This document shows, piece by piece, positions 19,780-30,008 of a stretch of 64,000 nt of DNA; the first letter of the stretch is position 1, and each line of letters starts with the position of its first letter. The notes beneath the pieces are model-generated. The model was not told where the DNA came from. It saw only the letters and a program-made list of their open reading frames with translations, and searched no databases. Source of the DNA: Oscillospiraceae bacterium. GTDB taxonomy: Bacteria; Bacillota; Clostridia; Oscillospirales; Acutalibacteraceae. Position numbers and translations under genes: made by a program. The stretch covers positions 2,216 through 66,215 of the forward strand of contig SVPB01000001.1 in assembly GCA_015066065.1 (NCBI GenBank), read 5' to 3'.

Positions 19780-20796
19780 TTATTCGTCGTAGCCCTTGGG
19801 ATTCTGAGACTGCCAGCGCCAGGAATCACGGCACATATCCTCCACCGTTTTTTCGGCTTTCCAGCCCAGCAGACGGGCGGCCTTGGAGGGGTCGGAGAAG
19901 CAGGTGCCGATGTCGCCGGGACGACGGGGGGCGACGACGTAGGGAACGTCCACGCCGTTGGCCGCTTTGAAAGCGTTGACCAGCTGCAACACACTGCAGC
20001 CGTTACCGGTGCCCAGGTTGATGGCTTCGTCGCCGGTGTGGGCCAGTGCGTAATCCACCGCCTTGACGTGTCCCTTGGCCAGATCGACCACGTGGATATA
20101 GTCACGCACGCCGGTGCCATCCGGGGTGTCGTAGTCGTCACCAAAGACCGACAGCTGGCTCAGCTTGCCGATGGCCACCTGAGAGACGTACGGCATGAGG
20201 TTGTTGGGAATACCGTTGGGGTCCTCACCGATGCGACCGCTGATGTGCGCACCGATGGGATTAAAGTACCGCAGAATGACCGCTGACCACTCGGGGTCAG
20301 AGTTGCACAGGTCGTGGAGAATTCCTTCGATCATGAACTTGGTGCGCCCGTAGGCGTTGGTCACCGCACCGGTGGGCATATCCTCGGTCAAGGGAGAGGT
20401 GTTGGCGTTGCCGTACACGGTAGCGGAGGAGGAAAACACCATACGCTTACAGCCCATTTCGCTCATGACCTGACACAGGGTGACGGTGCCTCCCACGTTA
20501 TTGTCGTAGTAGGTCAGGGGAATGCGCACGGATTCACCCACGGCCTTAAGACCGGCAAAATGGATGACCGCTTCGATTTTGTGAGCAGCAAAGATCTTCT
20601 TGAGCCCTTCAGCATCACGAATATCGCACTCGTAGAAAGGGAATTCCTTGCCGGACAGCTCCTTGACCCGACGTAACGCTTCAGGCTTGGAGTTGTAATA
20701 ATTGTCGATAACAACGATGTCGTAGCCAGCTTGCAGCATCTCGATGCAGGTGTGACTGCCGATATAACCGCAGCCCCCGGTGATAAGTATGGCCAT
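19780..20796 (-). CDS. galE: UDP-glucose 4-epimerase
   Basis: MAILITGGCGYIGSH Rossmann motif and YGRTK catalytic motif. ATG 20796 follows AGGAGGAA. Confidence 0.95.
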   Translation of the reverse strand: MAILITGGCGYIGSHTCIEMLQAGYDIVVIDNYYNSKPEALRRVKELSGKEFPFYECDIRDAEGLKKIFAAHKIEAVIHFAGLKAVGESVRIPLTYYDNNVGGTVTLCQVMSEMGCKRMVFSSSATVYGNANTSPLTEDMPTGAVTNAYGRTKFMIEGILHDLCNSDPEWSAVILRYFNPIGAHISGRIGEDPNGIPNNLMPYVSQVAIGKLSQLSVFGDDYDTPDGTGVRDYIHVVDLAKGHVKAVDYALAHTGDEAINLGTGNGCSVLQLVNAFKAANGVDVPYVVAPRRPGDIGTCFSDPSKAARLLGWKAEKTVEDMCRDSWRWQSQNPKGYDE

Positions 20797-20827
20797 AATA
20801 ATTCCTCCTGTTGTTCTTGTTACTACT

Positions 20828-20856
20828 ATTATAGCCGTGTTTGTCAAGTTATGCAA
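20828..20856 (-). promoter_or_regulatory. galE promoter (mirror copy)
   Basis: On the minus strand: TTGCAT, 17-nt spacer, TATAAT, then AGTAGTAAC. Part of the inverted duplication with 20905-20941. Confidence 0.5.
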
Positions 20857-20904
20857 TAGCAATTTTGTATCGGTTTCCATGAAAAATGGCGCACAGAATT
20901 ACTA

Positions 20905-20932
20905 TTGCTTTTTTTGGATGAAGCGGTATAAT
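20905..20932 (+). promoter_or_regulatory. Nucleotidyltransferase-gene promoter (mirror copy)
   Basis: TTGCTT, 16-nt spacer, TATAAT, then AGTAGTAAC. Confidence 0.5.
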
Positions 20933-20967
20933 AGTAGTAACCTAACAGGAAAGGAACGTTACATATC

Positions 20968-21879
20968 ATGAAACCGACTCTTATCATTATGGCTGCCGGT
21001 ATGGGCAGTCGTTTCGGCGGCCTTAAGCAGATCACCCCTGTTGGTCCTGCCGGCGAAAAGATCATTGATTATTCTGTTTACGATGCCGTTCGCGCCGGCT
21101 TCGGCAAGGTGGTTTTCGTCATTAAGCACGCCATTGAGGCGGAGTTCAAGAAGGAGATCGGCGATGTGGTGGCACAGCATGTGCCGGTGGAATATGTTTA
21201 TCAGGAGCTGGATGCGCTTCCGCAGGGCTATACTGTCCCGGAAGGCCGTGAGAAGCCCTGGGGTACCGGTCACGCCGTTCTGTGCTGCCGTGAGGTGGTC
21301 AAGGAGCCGTTTGCCGTCATCAATGCGGACGACTACTACGGCCGGGAGTGCTTCCGCTTGCTGGCTGATTTTCTGCAGAAGCCCCAGACCGGTGATCGCC
21401 TGCACATGGCCATGGCCGGCTATCTTCTGCGCAACACCCTGACCGAGAACGGTTACGTATCCCGTGGCATCTGTGAGGTGGCGGCAGACGGTCAGTTGAC
21501 CGGACTGACCGAGCGCACACACATTGAGATCCGTGATGGCAAGCCTCAGTTTACCGAGGACGATGGTGCTACCTGGACGGTGCTGCCGGAGGAGTGCTAT
21601 GTGTCGATGAACTGCTGGGCTTTCCCGGCCGGCACGCTGGATCACTTTGAACAGCGTTTCTGTGCGTTCCTGGACGCCCGGGGAACCGAGATGAAATCGG
21701 AATTCTATCTGCCGTTTGCGGTGGATTCCATGATGGACGCCGGCGAAGCGGATGTACAGGTGCTGCCCACCAGTGATAAGTGGTATGGCATGACCTATGC
21801 TGCCGATCATGAGATGGTGCGCCGTGCGCTGGCCGATCTGACCGACAGCGGTGTGTATCCCAACGGTCTGTGGAAGTAA
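20968..21879 (+). CDS. Sugar-1-phosphate nucleotidyltransferase family protein
   Basis: N-terminal IIMAAGMGSRFGG..K signature of the NTP-transferase fold. Divergent from galE. Confidence 0.8.
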   Translation: MKPTLIIMAAGMGSRFGGLKQITPVGPAGEKIIDYSVYDAVRAGFGKVVFVIKHAIEAEFKKEIGDVVAQHVPVEYVYQELDALPQGYTVPEGREKPWGTGHAVLCCREVVKEPFAVINADDYYGRECFRLLADFLQKPQTGDRLHMAMAGYLLRNTLTENGYVSRGICEVAADGQLTGLTERTHIEIRDGKPQFTEDDGATWTVLPEECYVSMNCWAFPAGTLDHFEQRFCAFLDARGTEMKSEFYLPFAVDSMMDAGEADVQVLPTSDKWYGMTYAADHEMVRRALADLTDSGVYPNGLWK

Positions 21880-21885
21880 ACAGCC

Positions 21886-22416
21886 ATGTACAGTAAGCAA
21901 CAATATCGTACGGTGCTGGCGGCGTTGTTTCTCGCCGTCGGACTGGTGTTGCCGTTATTGACGGCACAGGTCAAGGAGATTGGCGATTCTTTACTTCCCA
22001 TGCATCTGCCGGTGATGCTGTGCGGACTGCTATGTGGTGCCGCTTACGGTACGGCAGTCGGTGCGATGCTCCCGTTTCTGCGTTCTGTTATCTTTGGCAT
22101 GCCGCCCCTTTACCCCAATGCGTTGTGGATGGCACTGGAACTGGCCACTTATGGTCTGGTCATCGGTTTGGTGTATGCCGCACTGGGGCGCCGGCGCTTA
22201 CTTCATGTTTACGTCAGTCTGCTGACGGCGATGCTTGTCGGACGCTTGGTCTGGGGCGCTTCCAAGGCGCTTTTGCTGGGGCTGTCGGATAAAGGCTTTA
22301 CCTTGCAGGCGTTTATTGCCGGAGGCTTCGTTGACGCCTTGCCGGGTATCGTGTTACAGCTCATTCTTATCCCTTTGCTGATGACACTTTTGCGTAAATG
22401 GCGTTCCACTACATAA
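21886..22416 (+). CDS. ECF-transporter S-component-like membrane protein
   Basis: 176 aa with about 5-6 TM helices. The pattern resembles ECF substrate-capture subunits. No adjacent A/T components. Confidence 0.55.
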   Translation: MYSKQQYRTVLAALFLAVGLVLPLLTAQVKEIGDSLLPMHLPVMLCGLLCGAAYGTAVGAMLPFLRSVIFGMPPLYPNALWMALELATYGLVIGLVYAALGRRRLLHVYVSLLTAMLVGRLVWGASKALLLGLSDKGFTLQAFIAGGFVDALPGIVLQLILIPLLMTLLRKWRSTT

Positions 22417-22420
22417 ATCA

Positions 22421-22454
22421 AAAAGGCTCTTGCCAATCGGGCAAGAGCCTTTTC
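22421..22454. terminator. Bidirectional terminator
   Basis: GGCTCTTGCC / GGCAAGAGCC stem flanked by A4 and T4 runs, between convergent genes. Confidence 0.75.
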
Positions 22455-22459
22455 TCTGC

Positions 22460-24532
22460 TTATTGCACGCCGCGCCGATACAGTCCACGGGTGATGTTGA
22501 TCGGTAAGGAATCACCACGCTTGTAGGCGTTCAACACGGATGTCACCTCGTCGGTGGACTCGATAGTAAAGTGGTACAAATGAAAAGCCGTCGCCGGCAC
22601 TTCGCTCATGCGGTCGCCCCAATAGAGAGGAACGGAGTTGATCACTTCGGCACAGCCACCGGTGCATTGGACGGGGAATGTGGTGCCGGTGCGGTCGATA
22701 AGACCTTGATGCTGACAGTCACGGCAATGTCCGGCGGCACAGCGCCGGGGACAGTTTCGGGTGAGCATCAATGGCTGTCGTCCGTACACAAGCAAGCCCA
22801 CCGGCAGGGAGAACGTCTTCATGGCTTTTATCTGGTCAAAGGACAGTTCCATGGACAAGGTGGCCGCTTTTAAGCCTTTTTCAGCATAAAAAGCGACGGC
22901 TTGTCGATTGGTGATATTCAAACCAAATCCGCCGATGGGATAAAGACCGGCCTCCATGGCCAACGGCAGAGCGCCTACGTTACCGCAGAGAGCCGCCACT
23001 GCGCCGGCTTGACGGGCGGTCATCAGTTGAGAACGAACAGCCGATTCGGTGCCAAACATGCCTCGTGGGATCTCTACCCCCACCGGCTGAAAGGAGCTGA
23101 CACGCTCTATATGCTCCACCGGCGTATCGAGTGGCAGTATCACAAGAGAGGCGTCGTTGGCCGTCCACTGCGTATAGGTGAAAAAACGCAGTACCTGCGC
23201 GGTACTGTTAGCAGAAACCGACTCCGGTAAGGGCGGTATTTTGTGATAATAAGGGATGGGGGCGGTTCCTCCTCTTACTTTCAGCAGCTCTTCGAGCGCA
23301 TCACGCCGTAAAGCATTAAGCCTTGACAGGGGTAAGGTCTGCCCGTCGGCGATATGTATGCCGATTTTTTCTACCATAAAAGGGGTGCCGCCGGTTTTGC
23401 GTAGCTGCTGTTCGGCCTTGTCTGGCGAGAGGGCTTGCTGTCGTGCTGTTTCGGTGCCTTGCCCGCTGACGGTTACCGTGTGTCCTTGCCGATCGGAAGC
23501 TGTTAAATGGCACCGTTCCGGGGTAGCCGAAAGGTGCATGTTCACCCCTACCAACGGTTGCTCTCGCTCATAGGCGTGGGCAAGGCGGCCGAGCACATCG
23601 GAGGCGGCCAGCACGTCCTCCTTGCGGCGTACGCCAAACATGGATGCCCCTCGTTTGCCGGTGAAATATCCGTCGGTAAACCCGGTGCGAGAAAAGACGC
23701 GCTGCAGGTCGCATAAAGCATCAGGGTCAACTGCTTGCCCACGGGCGGCGGCACCGTACACGGCGCATGCGGCTGCGACGTATTCCGGCCGTTTCATCCT
23801 GCCTTCGATTTTCAGAGACGTCACGCCAAGGGCGATCAGCTCCTCGACATAATCGATCAGGCAATTATCTTTTAGACTGAGTGCGGCTTTGTCAGGAGGG
23901 GCTTGCCGTAACAGACCGTCTGTCGGGGCGAAAGGAAGTCGGCAGGTCTGTGCACACAGACCACGGTTGCCACTGCGTCCTCCCAGCATGGCGGAGAAAT
24001 AGCATTGTCCGGATACACTCATGCACAGAGCTCCGTGAACAAACACCTCTGTTTCCACCCCTAAACGGGTGCAGGCGGCGATCTCTTCCCGGCTCATTTC
24101 CCGGGAAAGCACCACCCGAGAAAAACCGGCATCACGCAGGAACCGCACCCCCTCCGGTGTGTGGCAGGACAGTTGCGTCGATGCGTGTAGGGGCATATGA
24201 GGGGCGGCGACACGCAGGATGCGAGCCAGGCCCACATCCTGTACGATAAGAGCGTCTACACCGCTTTCACAAGCCATACGGGCGGTGTGCAGCGCTTCCT
24301 CCAGCTCATCATCGCGCACCAGCGTGTTGAGCGCTAGGTGTACCGCCACCTCGCGTGCATGGCAATAGGTCACCACCTCGGCCAGCTCCTCCGTGCGGAA
24401 GTTGTGCGCGCCTTGACGAGCGTTAAATTGGCCCACACCCAAATAAACAGCGGCGGCACCGCTACGCACCGCCGCTGTCAAGGCATCCGGCGATCCGGCC
24501 GGTGCCAATATTTCAATACGTCTGCCGTTCAC
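22460..24532 (-). CDS. U32-family peptidase / RNA-hydroxylase-like protein (long form)
   Basis: IEILAPAGS...AVYLG N-terminus and E..VHGALC core typical of the U32 family. 690 aa. Confidence 0.85.
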   Translation of the reverse strand: MNGRRIEILAPAGSPDALTAAVRSGAAAVYLGVGQFNARQGAHNFRTEELAEVVTYCHAREVAVHLALNTLVRDDELEEALHTARMACESGVDALIVQDVGLARILRVAAPHMPLHASTQLSCHTPEGVRFLRDAGFSRVVLSREMSREEIAACTRLGVETEVFVHGALCMSVSGQCYFSAMLGGRSGNRGLCAQTCRLPFAPTDGLLRQAPPDKAALSLKDNCLIDYVEELIALGVTSLKIEGRMKRPEYVAAACAVYGAAARGQAVDPDALCDLQRVFSRTGFTDGYFTGKRGASMFGVRRKEDVLAASDVLGRLAHAYEREQPLVGVNMHLSATPERCHLTASDRQGHTVTVSGQGTETARQQALSPDKAEQQLRKTGGTPFMVEKIGIHIADGQTLPLSRLNALRRDALEELLKVRGGTAPIPYYHKIPPLPESVSANSTAQVLRFFTYTQWTANDASLVILPLDTPVEHIERVSSFQPVGVEIPRGMFGTESAVRSQLMTARQAGAVAALCGNVGALPLAMEAGLYPIGGFGLNITNRQAVAFYAEKGLKAATLSMELSFDQIKAMKTFSLPVGLLVYGRQPLMLTRNCPRRCAAGHCRDCQHQGLIDRTGTTFPVQCTGGCAEVINSVPLYWGDRMSEVPATAFHLYHFTIESTDEVTSVLNAYKRGDSLPINITRGLYRRGVQ

Positions 24533-24882
24533 CGGACAGCCAGCTTTCTCTCAAGCTCTTCCTTTTCTCTCTTCAGGCGTTCCACCTCGCGGCGCAAGGT
24601 CTCGGCCTCGCCACGAGAACGGTTGTTATCGTCAAAGAAGGACTTAAGCTGCTTGCGCAGATTATCGGCGGACTGCACCGCCTTTTTGGCCTCATCAGCT
24701 TGGGTGAGGGCGGTCATAACGGCGGCCATGACCAGGGAGGTACGCTCGCTGGTATTCATAAAGTTGCGGATACGGGTATCAACGGTAGCACCCAGCTCCT
24801 GCATGTAGCCGGCATCCTCGTCGGTCGTGATTACATAGTCGGTTCCACAGATGTTGAGGGTAACTTTGCGCACAGATTCCAT
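24529..24882 (-). CDS. zapA: Cell division protein ZapA
   Basis: VTLNICGTDYVITTDEDAGYMQELG followed by a coiled-coil tail. Its stop overlaps the U32 start by 4 nt. Confidence 0.88.
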   Translation of the reverse strand: MESVRKVTLNICGTDYVITTDEDAGYMQELGATVDTRIRNFMNTSERTSLVMAAVMTALTQADEAKKAVQSADNLRKQLKSFFDDNNRSRGEAETLRREVERLKREKEELERKLAVR

Positions 24883-25023
24883 CGTTCATCTTCCTTTCGT
24901 GCTTATTCGACAAGTTTATTATAAATCATTTACTGATCGTGGTCAAGAGGAATGTGTTTTTCTCTTGATGAATTTTTAATAATATGGTAGAATGAAGCAA
25001 AACAGAGGGAGGAGGGGAGACAG

Positions 25024-26142
25024 GTGCATAAGATCGGGCTGTACGTGCATGTTCCTTTTTGTGTGAGCAAGTGCCCGTATTGCGATTTTTACTCCCTTCC
25101 CAACCTGTCCGACGAGTTGTTGGATCGGTATACACAAGCGCTGATGGCGGCGATGGATCACTGGGCTGATACTACTGACGTGGTGGCGGATACCCTTTAC
25201 TTTGGCGGCGGTACACCTTCTCTTTTAGGCGGCGAGCGATTGGGCCGTCTTATCCGCCATGCGGATGCCCGTTTCCAACTGTTTGAGGGGGGGACGCCGG
25301 AGATTACCCTGGAGGCTAACCCGGCAGACGATCTGCGAGAAACCTTTTGCCGCTTTGCCGATGCCGGCGGCAATCGCCTTTCCTTAGGGATGCAATCGGC
25401 ACATGCGGAAGAACTGCAGAGTCTCGGACGCCGCCACACGCCGGCGCAGGTTGAACGGGCTATCCGTGATGCACATGATGTGGGACTCGCTAACCTATCT
25501 CTGGATCTGATGCTGGGTATTCCCGGACAGACGGTGAACTCTGCGGTGGCTTCCGTTCACCGGGCGGTGGCATGGGGAGCCCGTCACCTGTCCGCCTATA
25601 TGCTCAAGCTGGAACCGCAGACTCCATTTGGCCAACAGCCTCCACTCCTGCCGGACGACGATGACACGGCGGACATTTATATGGCGGTGATGGACACACT
25701 GGATAGATGCGGCTTTGAACAGTACGAGATCTCCAATGCCGCCTTGCCCGGTTACGCCAGCCGGCATAACCGAAAGTATTGGGTGGGGGATGCTTATCTT
25801 GGTTTTGGGCCTGCGGCTTCTTCCTATTTTGACGGCCGCCGGTTTTCCTATCCCCGGGATCTGGCCCATTTTCTCAACAATGGGGGCGTGTTGCCTGAGC
25901 AGGATGAGGCGATCCCCTCCGGTAGCCCTGAAGAATATGCTATGTTACGCTTGCGCTTGGCAGAGGGACTTGCCGATAGCGACTACCTTTCTCGCTTTGG
26001 TACGCCCATTCCGGCGGAGTGGTACGAACGGGCCGATGCACTGCCGGATAATCTGGTTTCGGTTACCGACGAGAGCATGCGGCTGACTCGTGAAGGGTTT
26101 TTGGTGTCAAATTCATTGATTTGTCACATTTTGGGGGTATAA
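25024..26142 (+). CDS. hemW: Radical SAM heme chaperone HemW (HemN-like)
   Basis: LYVHVPFCVSKCPYCDF CxxxCxxC motif. HemN C-terminal domain. Confidence 0.9.
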   Translation: MHKIGLYVHVPFCVSKCPYCDFYSLPNLSDELLDRYTQALMAAMDHWADTTDVVADTLYFGGGTPSLLGGERLGRLIRHADARFQLFEGGTPEITLEANPADDLRETFCRFADAGGNRLSLGMQSAHAEELQSLGRRHTPAQVERAIRDAHDVGLANLSLDLMLGIPGQTVNSAVASVHRAVAWGARHLSAYMLKLEPQTPFGQQPPLLPDDDDTADIYMAVMDTLDRCGFEQYEISNAALPGYASRHNRKYWVGDAYLGFGPAASSYFDGRRFSYPRDLAHFLNNGGVLPEQDEAIPSGSPEEYAMLRLRLAEGLADSDYLSRFGTPIPAEWYERADALPDNLVSVTDESMRLTREGFLVSNSLICHILGV

Positions 26143-26215
26143 ATTTAATTTCTGTTCATACTCCAATGACAAAATGTGATAAACTACTGTTAGTACCTTA
26201 CTTGGAGGTGTTGGT

Positions 26216-26908
26216 GTGGCAGGTATCAAGATCATGGTCGTCGATGACGACAGCAACATTTGCGAACTTCTTCATCTTTATCTGATGAAAGAGAATATGG
26301 AAACGGTTATTGCATCGGATGGCGCACAGGCGTTGGCTTTGTTTGATACAGAGAAGCCGGATCTCATCTTACTGGATGTCATGATGCCTCGTCTGGATGG
26401 CTGGCAGGTTTGTCGTGAGATTCGGAAGAAATCGCAATGCCCCATCATTATGCTGACCGCTAAGGGTGAGGTGTTTGACAAGGTGCTCGGTCTGGAGCTG
26501 GGTGCTGACGATTATGTGGTCAAGCCCTTCGAGACCAAGGAGGTCATTGCACGCATCAAGGCGGTTCTTCGCCGCAGCGGCGTTTCGGATGCCAAGAAAC
26601 AGCGTATTGTCGAATACGACGGCTTGTATATCAACATGGAAAACTACGAGCTTCGTGTCGGAGGCAAAGTGATCGATACCCCCCCAAAAGAGATGGAGCT
26701 TATCTACCATTTGGCCAGCAACCCCAACCGGGTGTACACGAGAGATCAGTTGCTGGATGAGGTGTGGGGCTTCGAATACTACGGCGACAGCCGGACGGTG
26801 GACGTGCACGTTAAACGCCTGCGCGAAAAGCTGGACGGGGTATCCGATCGCTGGACGCTCAAGACGGTTTGGGGTGTCGGTTACAAGTTTGACGTACGAG
26901 ATAATTGA
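26216..26908 (+). CDS. OmpR-family response regulator
   Basis: Receiver domain (IMVVDDD, DLILLDVMMP, LTAK) plus winged-helix output (VWGF...RTVDVHVKRLREKL). Confidence 0.93.
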   Translation: MAGIKIMVVDDDSNICELLHLYLMKENMETVIASDGAQALALFDTEKPDLILLDVMMPRLDGWQVCREIRKKSQCPIIMLTAKGEVFDKVLGLELGADDYVVKPFETKEVIARIKAVLRRSGVSDAKKQRIVEYDGLYINMENYELRVGGKVIDTPPKEMELIYHLASNPNRVYTRDQLLDEVWGFEYYGDSRTVDVHVKRLREKLDGVSDRWTLKTVWGVGYKFDVRDN

Positions 26909-26921
26909 TTTGGAGTAGGGT

Positions 26922-28397
26922 ATGTTTAAAAGTGTCTTTTCCAAGTACTTCTCGGTCATCATTACCATTGTTGCCGCCGGTTTTCTCCTGATGACCGGTC
27001 TGCAGGTGACATTGTTCACCCGTACTGTTTCCAATGACAAACGGGAGCTTTTGCTGGAAAATTCGCGGAACATCGCCAAGCACGTGGAGATCTATTATGC
27101 ACGCAGCTATCTCGAATCAGATGGCAACGTAAAGTATCTTTTGGATGCTGCTCATGCTTCTCCCATGCTGCATCTGTTCTCCGAAGCGGTGGATGCCTGC
27201 GTATTTGTGGTGGATAACTCCGGCAAGGTGCTGGTTGCTGCCGAGACGGAACAGCTGTCATTGCAGACATCTGTGGCACCATTGCCTTTTGACAGTAAGG
27301 ACGACAGCTCTCATTTTGCGGTTAGCACCATGAGTGGGATGTTCCGGGAGGTCTGCTATGTAGCTGTCACCCCCATCACGATTAACAACGTTCGGGTTGG
27401 CGGCGTGTATATGGCGGCACCGGCTACGACGGTCCTGGAGGTGCTACGTTCCAATTTCAAAGTATACTTGATGTCCACGGTTGGTGCGCTAGTGCTTTCT
27501 TTTGTGGCGGTGTACTGGTTATCCTATCGATTTGTACGTCCTCTTCGCCAGATGGCGTCTGCCACCAGACGATTTGCCCGGGGCGATTTTAGTGCTCGTA
27601 TCCAGGTGAAAGGGAATGATGAGGTGGCTGAGCTGGCCGATTCTCTCAACCACATGGCCATCTCTTTATCCTCTAGTGAACAGATGCGACGCAGCTTTGT
27701 GGCCAATGTATCCCACGAGTTAAAAACGCCCATGACCACCATCGCCGGATTTATTGACGGCATGTTGGATGGTACGATCCCTCCCGAAAAGCACCATCAC
27801 TACATGACCATTGTTTCGGAGGAGGTCAAGCGCTTATCCCGTATCGTACGCTCCATGCTGGAGCTTTCCCGCATTGACAGCGGTGATGTGCACCTCAACA
27901 AGGTGCGTATCGACTTGACGGATGTGGTTTGCAGCGTGCTTGTGTCCTCGGAACAGCGGATCGAACAGAAGCATCTGCGTATCACCGGCATGGAGGATTG
28001 TGCCCGCGTAGAGCTGGATGGCGATCGCGATCTGATCAGTCAGGTGATGTACAACCTGCTGGACAACGCTATCAAGTTTACCGATGAAGGCGGAGAGATC
28101 GACATTCGCCTGCGCTCCACTCCCGGACGGGCGGAATGCGTTATCCGTAACACCGGAGCAGGCATTCCTCCCCATGAGATGCCCCAGATATTTGAACGGT
28201 TTTACAAGAGTGACCGTTCTCGCAGCTTGGATAAAAACGGAACCGGATTAGGCTTGTATATTGTTAAATCGGTGATTGCCTTGCATGGCGGTGAGGTCAC
28301 TGTCCGTTCGGTGGAAGGTGAGTTTACCGAGTTTGCCGTCTGGCTGCCCACTGCCGACGCAGAGACTCGTGAGTTGACCGATGGTACCGTTCGGTAA
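26922..28397 (+). CDS. Sensor histidine kinase (HAMP-HisKA-HATPase)
   Basis: Two TM segments flank an extracytoplasmic domain. H-box SHELKTPMTTI, plus N, G1 and G2 boxes (LLDNAIKF, GTGLGL). Confidence 0.93.
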   Translation: MFKSVFSKYFSVIITIVAAGFLLMTGLQVTLFTRTVSNDKRELLLENSRNIAKHVEIYYARSYLESDGNVKYLLDAAHASPMLHLFSEAVDACVFVVDNSGKVLVAAETEQLSLQTSVAPLPFDSKDDSSHFAVSTMSGMFREVCYVAVTPITINNVRVGGVYMAAPATTVLEVLRSNFKVYLMSTVGALVLSFVAVYWLSYRFVRPLRQMASATRRFARGDFSARIQVKGNDEVAELADSLNHMAISLSSSEQMRRSFVANVSHELKTPMTTIAGFIDGMLDGTIPPEKHHHYMTIVSEEVKRLSRIVRSMLELSRIDSGDVHLNKVRIDLTDVVCSVLVSSEQRIEQKHLRITGMEDCARVELDGDRDLISQVMYNLLDNAIKFTDEGGEIDIRLRSTPGRAECVIRNTGAGIPPHEMPQIFERFYKSDRSRSLDKNGTGLGLYIVKSVIALHGGEVTVRSVEGEFTEFAVWLPTADAETRELTDGTVR

Positions 28398-28463
28398 CCC
28401 ATTATCCATCGTTATTTCTGTTTTAATGCGTGTTTGATCATACGTTAGAAAGGTTGTATTGCT

Positions 28464-29948
28464 ATGAATGATAACTGGAATCCCTCCGAGAATCCCTCTA
28501 CCCCGGAGGAGGCGGTGACGCCGCCTGCAGAGACAACTGGTGTTCCCGATACGGTGTCCACACCGGCCGCCGAGCCCGTCTCTCCAGCTGAGCCTGTTTC
28601 TCCAGCCGAGCCTTCCGCCTATAATGGGTGGATGGGTGATAACGGTTACCGATATGTGCCGCGTGCCGAGGGTACTCCGGCTCCGAGCGCGCCTTCGCCA
28701 ACGGCCGGAACGACCGGGGGATGGACTTATGCGCAAGCACCGGCTTCGCCTTCCGGCAACGCTTACCAGCCCCCCAAAAAGAACAAACCGTGGTTGGTGG
28801 CGGTCGCTATCGTAGCGGCGATTGTGGTTTTCTTTGGCAGTATTTTCGCCAGTTATCGGTTCATCTTTGGCGGTAGTGATCGGGACAGCGCCGACAATTA
28901 CTGGGGCGACGATATTTCTTATGATAATCCTAATGGGGGAGTCGGTGTGGAAAACGCGCCCCCATTGGAGATCACCCCTTGGGAAGACGATGACGGCGGT
29001 CTGTCTACCAATGAAGTGGTTAACCGCAATTTAGATTCCACCGTGGTACTGACCAACTATGTGGAGAGCAACAACTTCCAGTTTGGGGAAAGCTCCTTGG
29101 TGGAATCTGGCGCGGCCAGCGGTATTGTAATGAGCGCCGACGGATTTATCATCACCAACTGGCACTGTGTCATCAATGAGGAAACCGGTTCACGGTATGC
29201 TCGTATTGATGTGACTACCCATGATGGTAAGGTGTATGAGGATGCCGATATCATTGGCGTTGACGAATCTACCGACCTGGCTGTTATTAAGATCAAAGCT
29301 ACCGGCTTGTCGGTAGCGAAGTTTGGTGACAGCTCCGCTTTGTCGGTGGGTGACCGGGTAATTGCGCTGGGCAATGCGGCCGGCCTATCTTGGACTGCGA
29401 CCCAGGGTATTGTCTCTGCGCTGGCGCGCGATGTGTATGACGATACCGGCTACGCCATCAAATGTCTGCAGACGGATGCGGCTATCAACTATGGTAATTC
29501 CGGAGGCCCCTTGCTGAACAATCAGGGCATGGTTGTTGGTATTAATTCCGCCAAGATCGCTGCCAGTGGATACGAAGGACTTGGCTTTTCCATTCCGATT
29601 AACGAGGCGAAGCCCATCATTGAATCTCTGCTTAAGTTTGGCTATGTGAAGGGACGTGTCGCCTTGGGTATTACCGGGCAGACGGTTTCCTCGGGTATGT
29701 ACAGTGGATTTTTGATCGCTTCCATTGATGAAGGTTCCTCCCTCAAGGGTACAAAGGCGCAGGTGGGAGACTTGATTGTGGCGGTGGATGATGTGGAGGT
29801 TACCGACTACAGCACTCTGCGTGCTGAGCTGGCAAAGCATAAGGTGGGGGATAAGGTCACCTTGACATTGCTGCGGTCGGAGAGCCGAAGCGGTCGGGTC
29901 AGCTCCTTGACCGTAACGGTGACCTTAAAAGAACAGACAGCGAACTGA
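28464..29948 (+). CDS. htrA: HtrA/DegP-family S1C serine protease with PDZ domain
   Basis: Pro-rich N-terminus, one TM segment, catalytic triad contexts TNWHC, TDLAVIKI and GNSGGPL, C-terminal PDZ. Confidence 0.92.
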   Translation: MNDNWNPSENPSTPEEAVTPPAETTGVPDTVSTPAAEPVSPAEPVSPAEPSAYNGWMGDNGYRYVPRAEGTPAPSAPSPTAGTTGGWTYAQAPASPSGNAYQPPKKNKPWLVAVAIVAAIVVFFGSIFASYRFIFGGSDRDSADNYWGDDISYDNPNGGVGVENAPPLEITPWEDDDGGLSTNEVVNRNLDSTVVLTNYVESNNFQFGESSLVESGAASGIVMSADGFIITNWHCVINEETGSRYARIDVTTHDGKVYEDADIIGVDESTDLAVIKIKATGLSVAKFGDSSALSVGDRVIALGNAAGLSWTATQGIVSALARDVYDDTGYAIKCLQTDAAINYGNSGGPLLNNQGMVVGINSAKIAASGYEGLGFSIPINEAKPIIESLLKFGYVKGRVALGITGQTVSSGMYSGFLIASIDEGSSLKGTKAQVGDLIVAVDDVEVTDYSTLRAELAKHKVGDKVTLTLLRSESRSGRVSSLTVTVTLKEQTAN

Positions 29949-30008
29949 TTATCTGCCATAACCTCCGGCGTTTGTCGGAGGTTATGGTGCGTTAGAGGAG
30001 TTGTATCA

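Noticed and set aside
28563-28620. 18-bp x3 tandem repeat (PAEPVS) in htrA as a variable-number or contingency locus.
   Set aside because: The repeat is in-frame, short and imperfect, and lies in a disordered Pro-rich tail. Nothing suggests phase variation.
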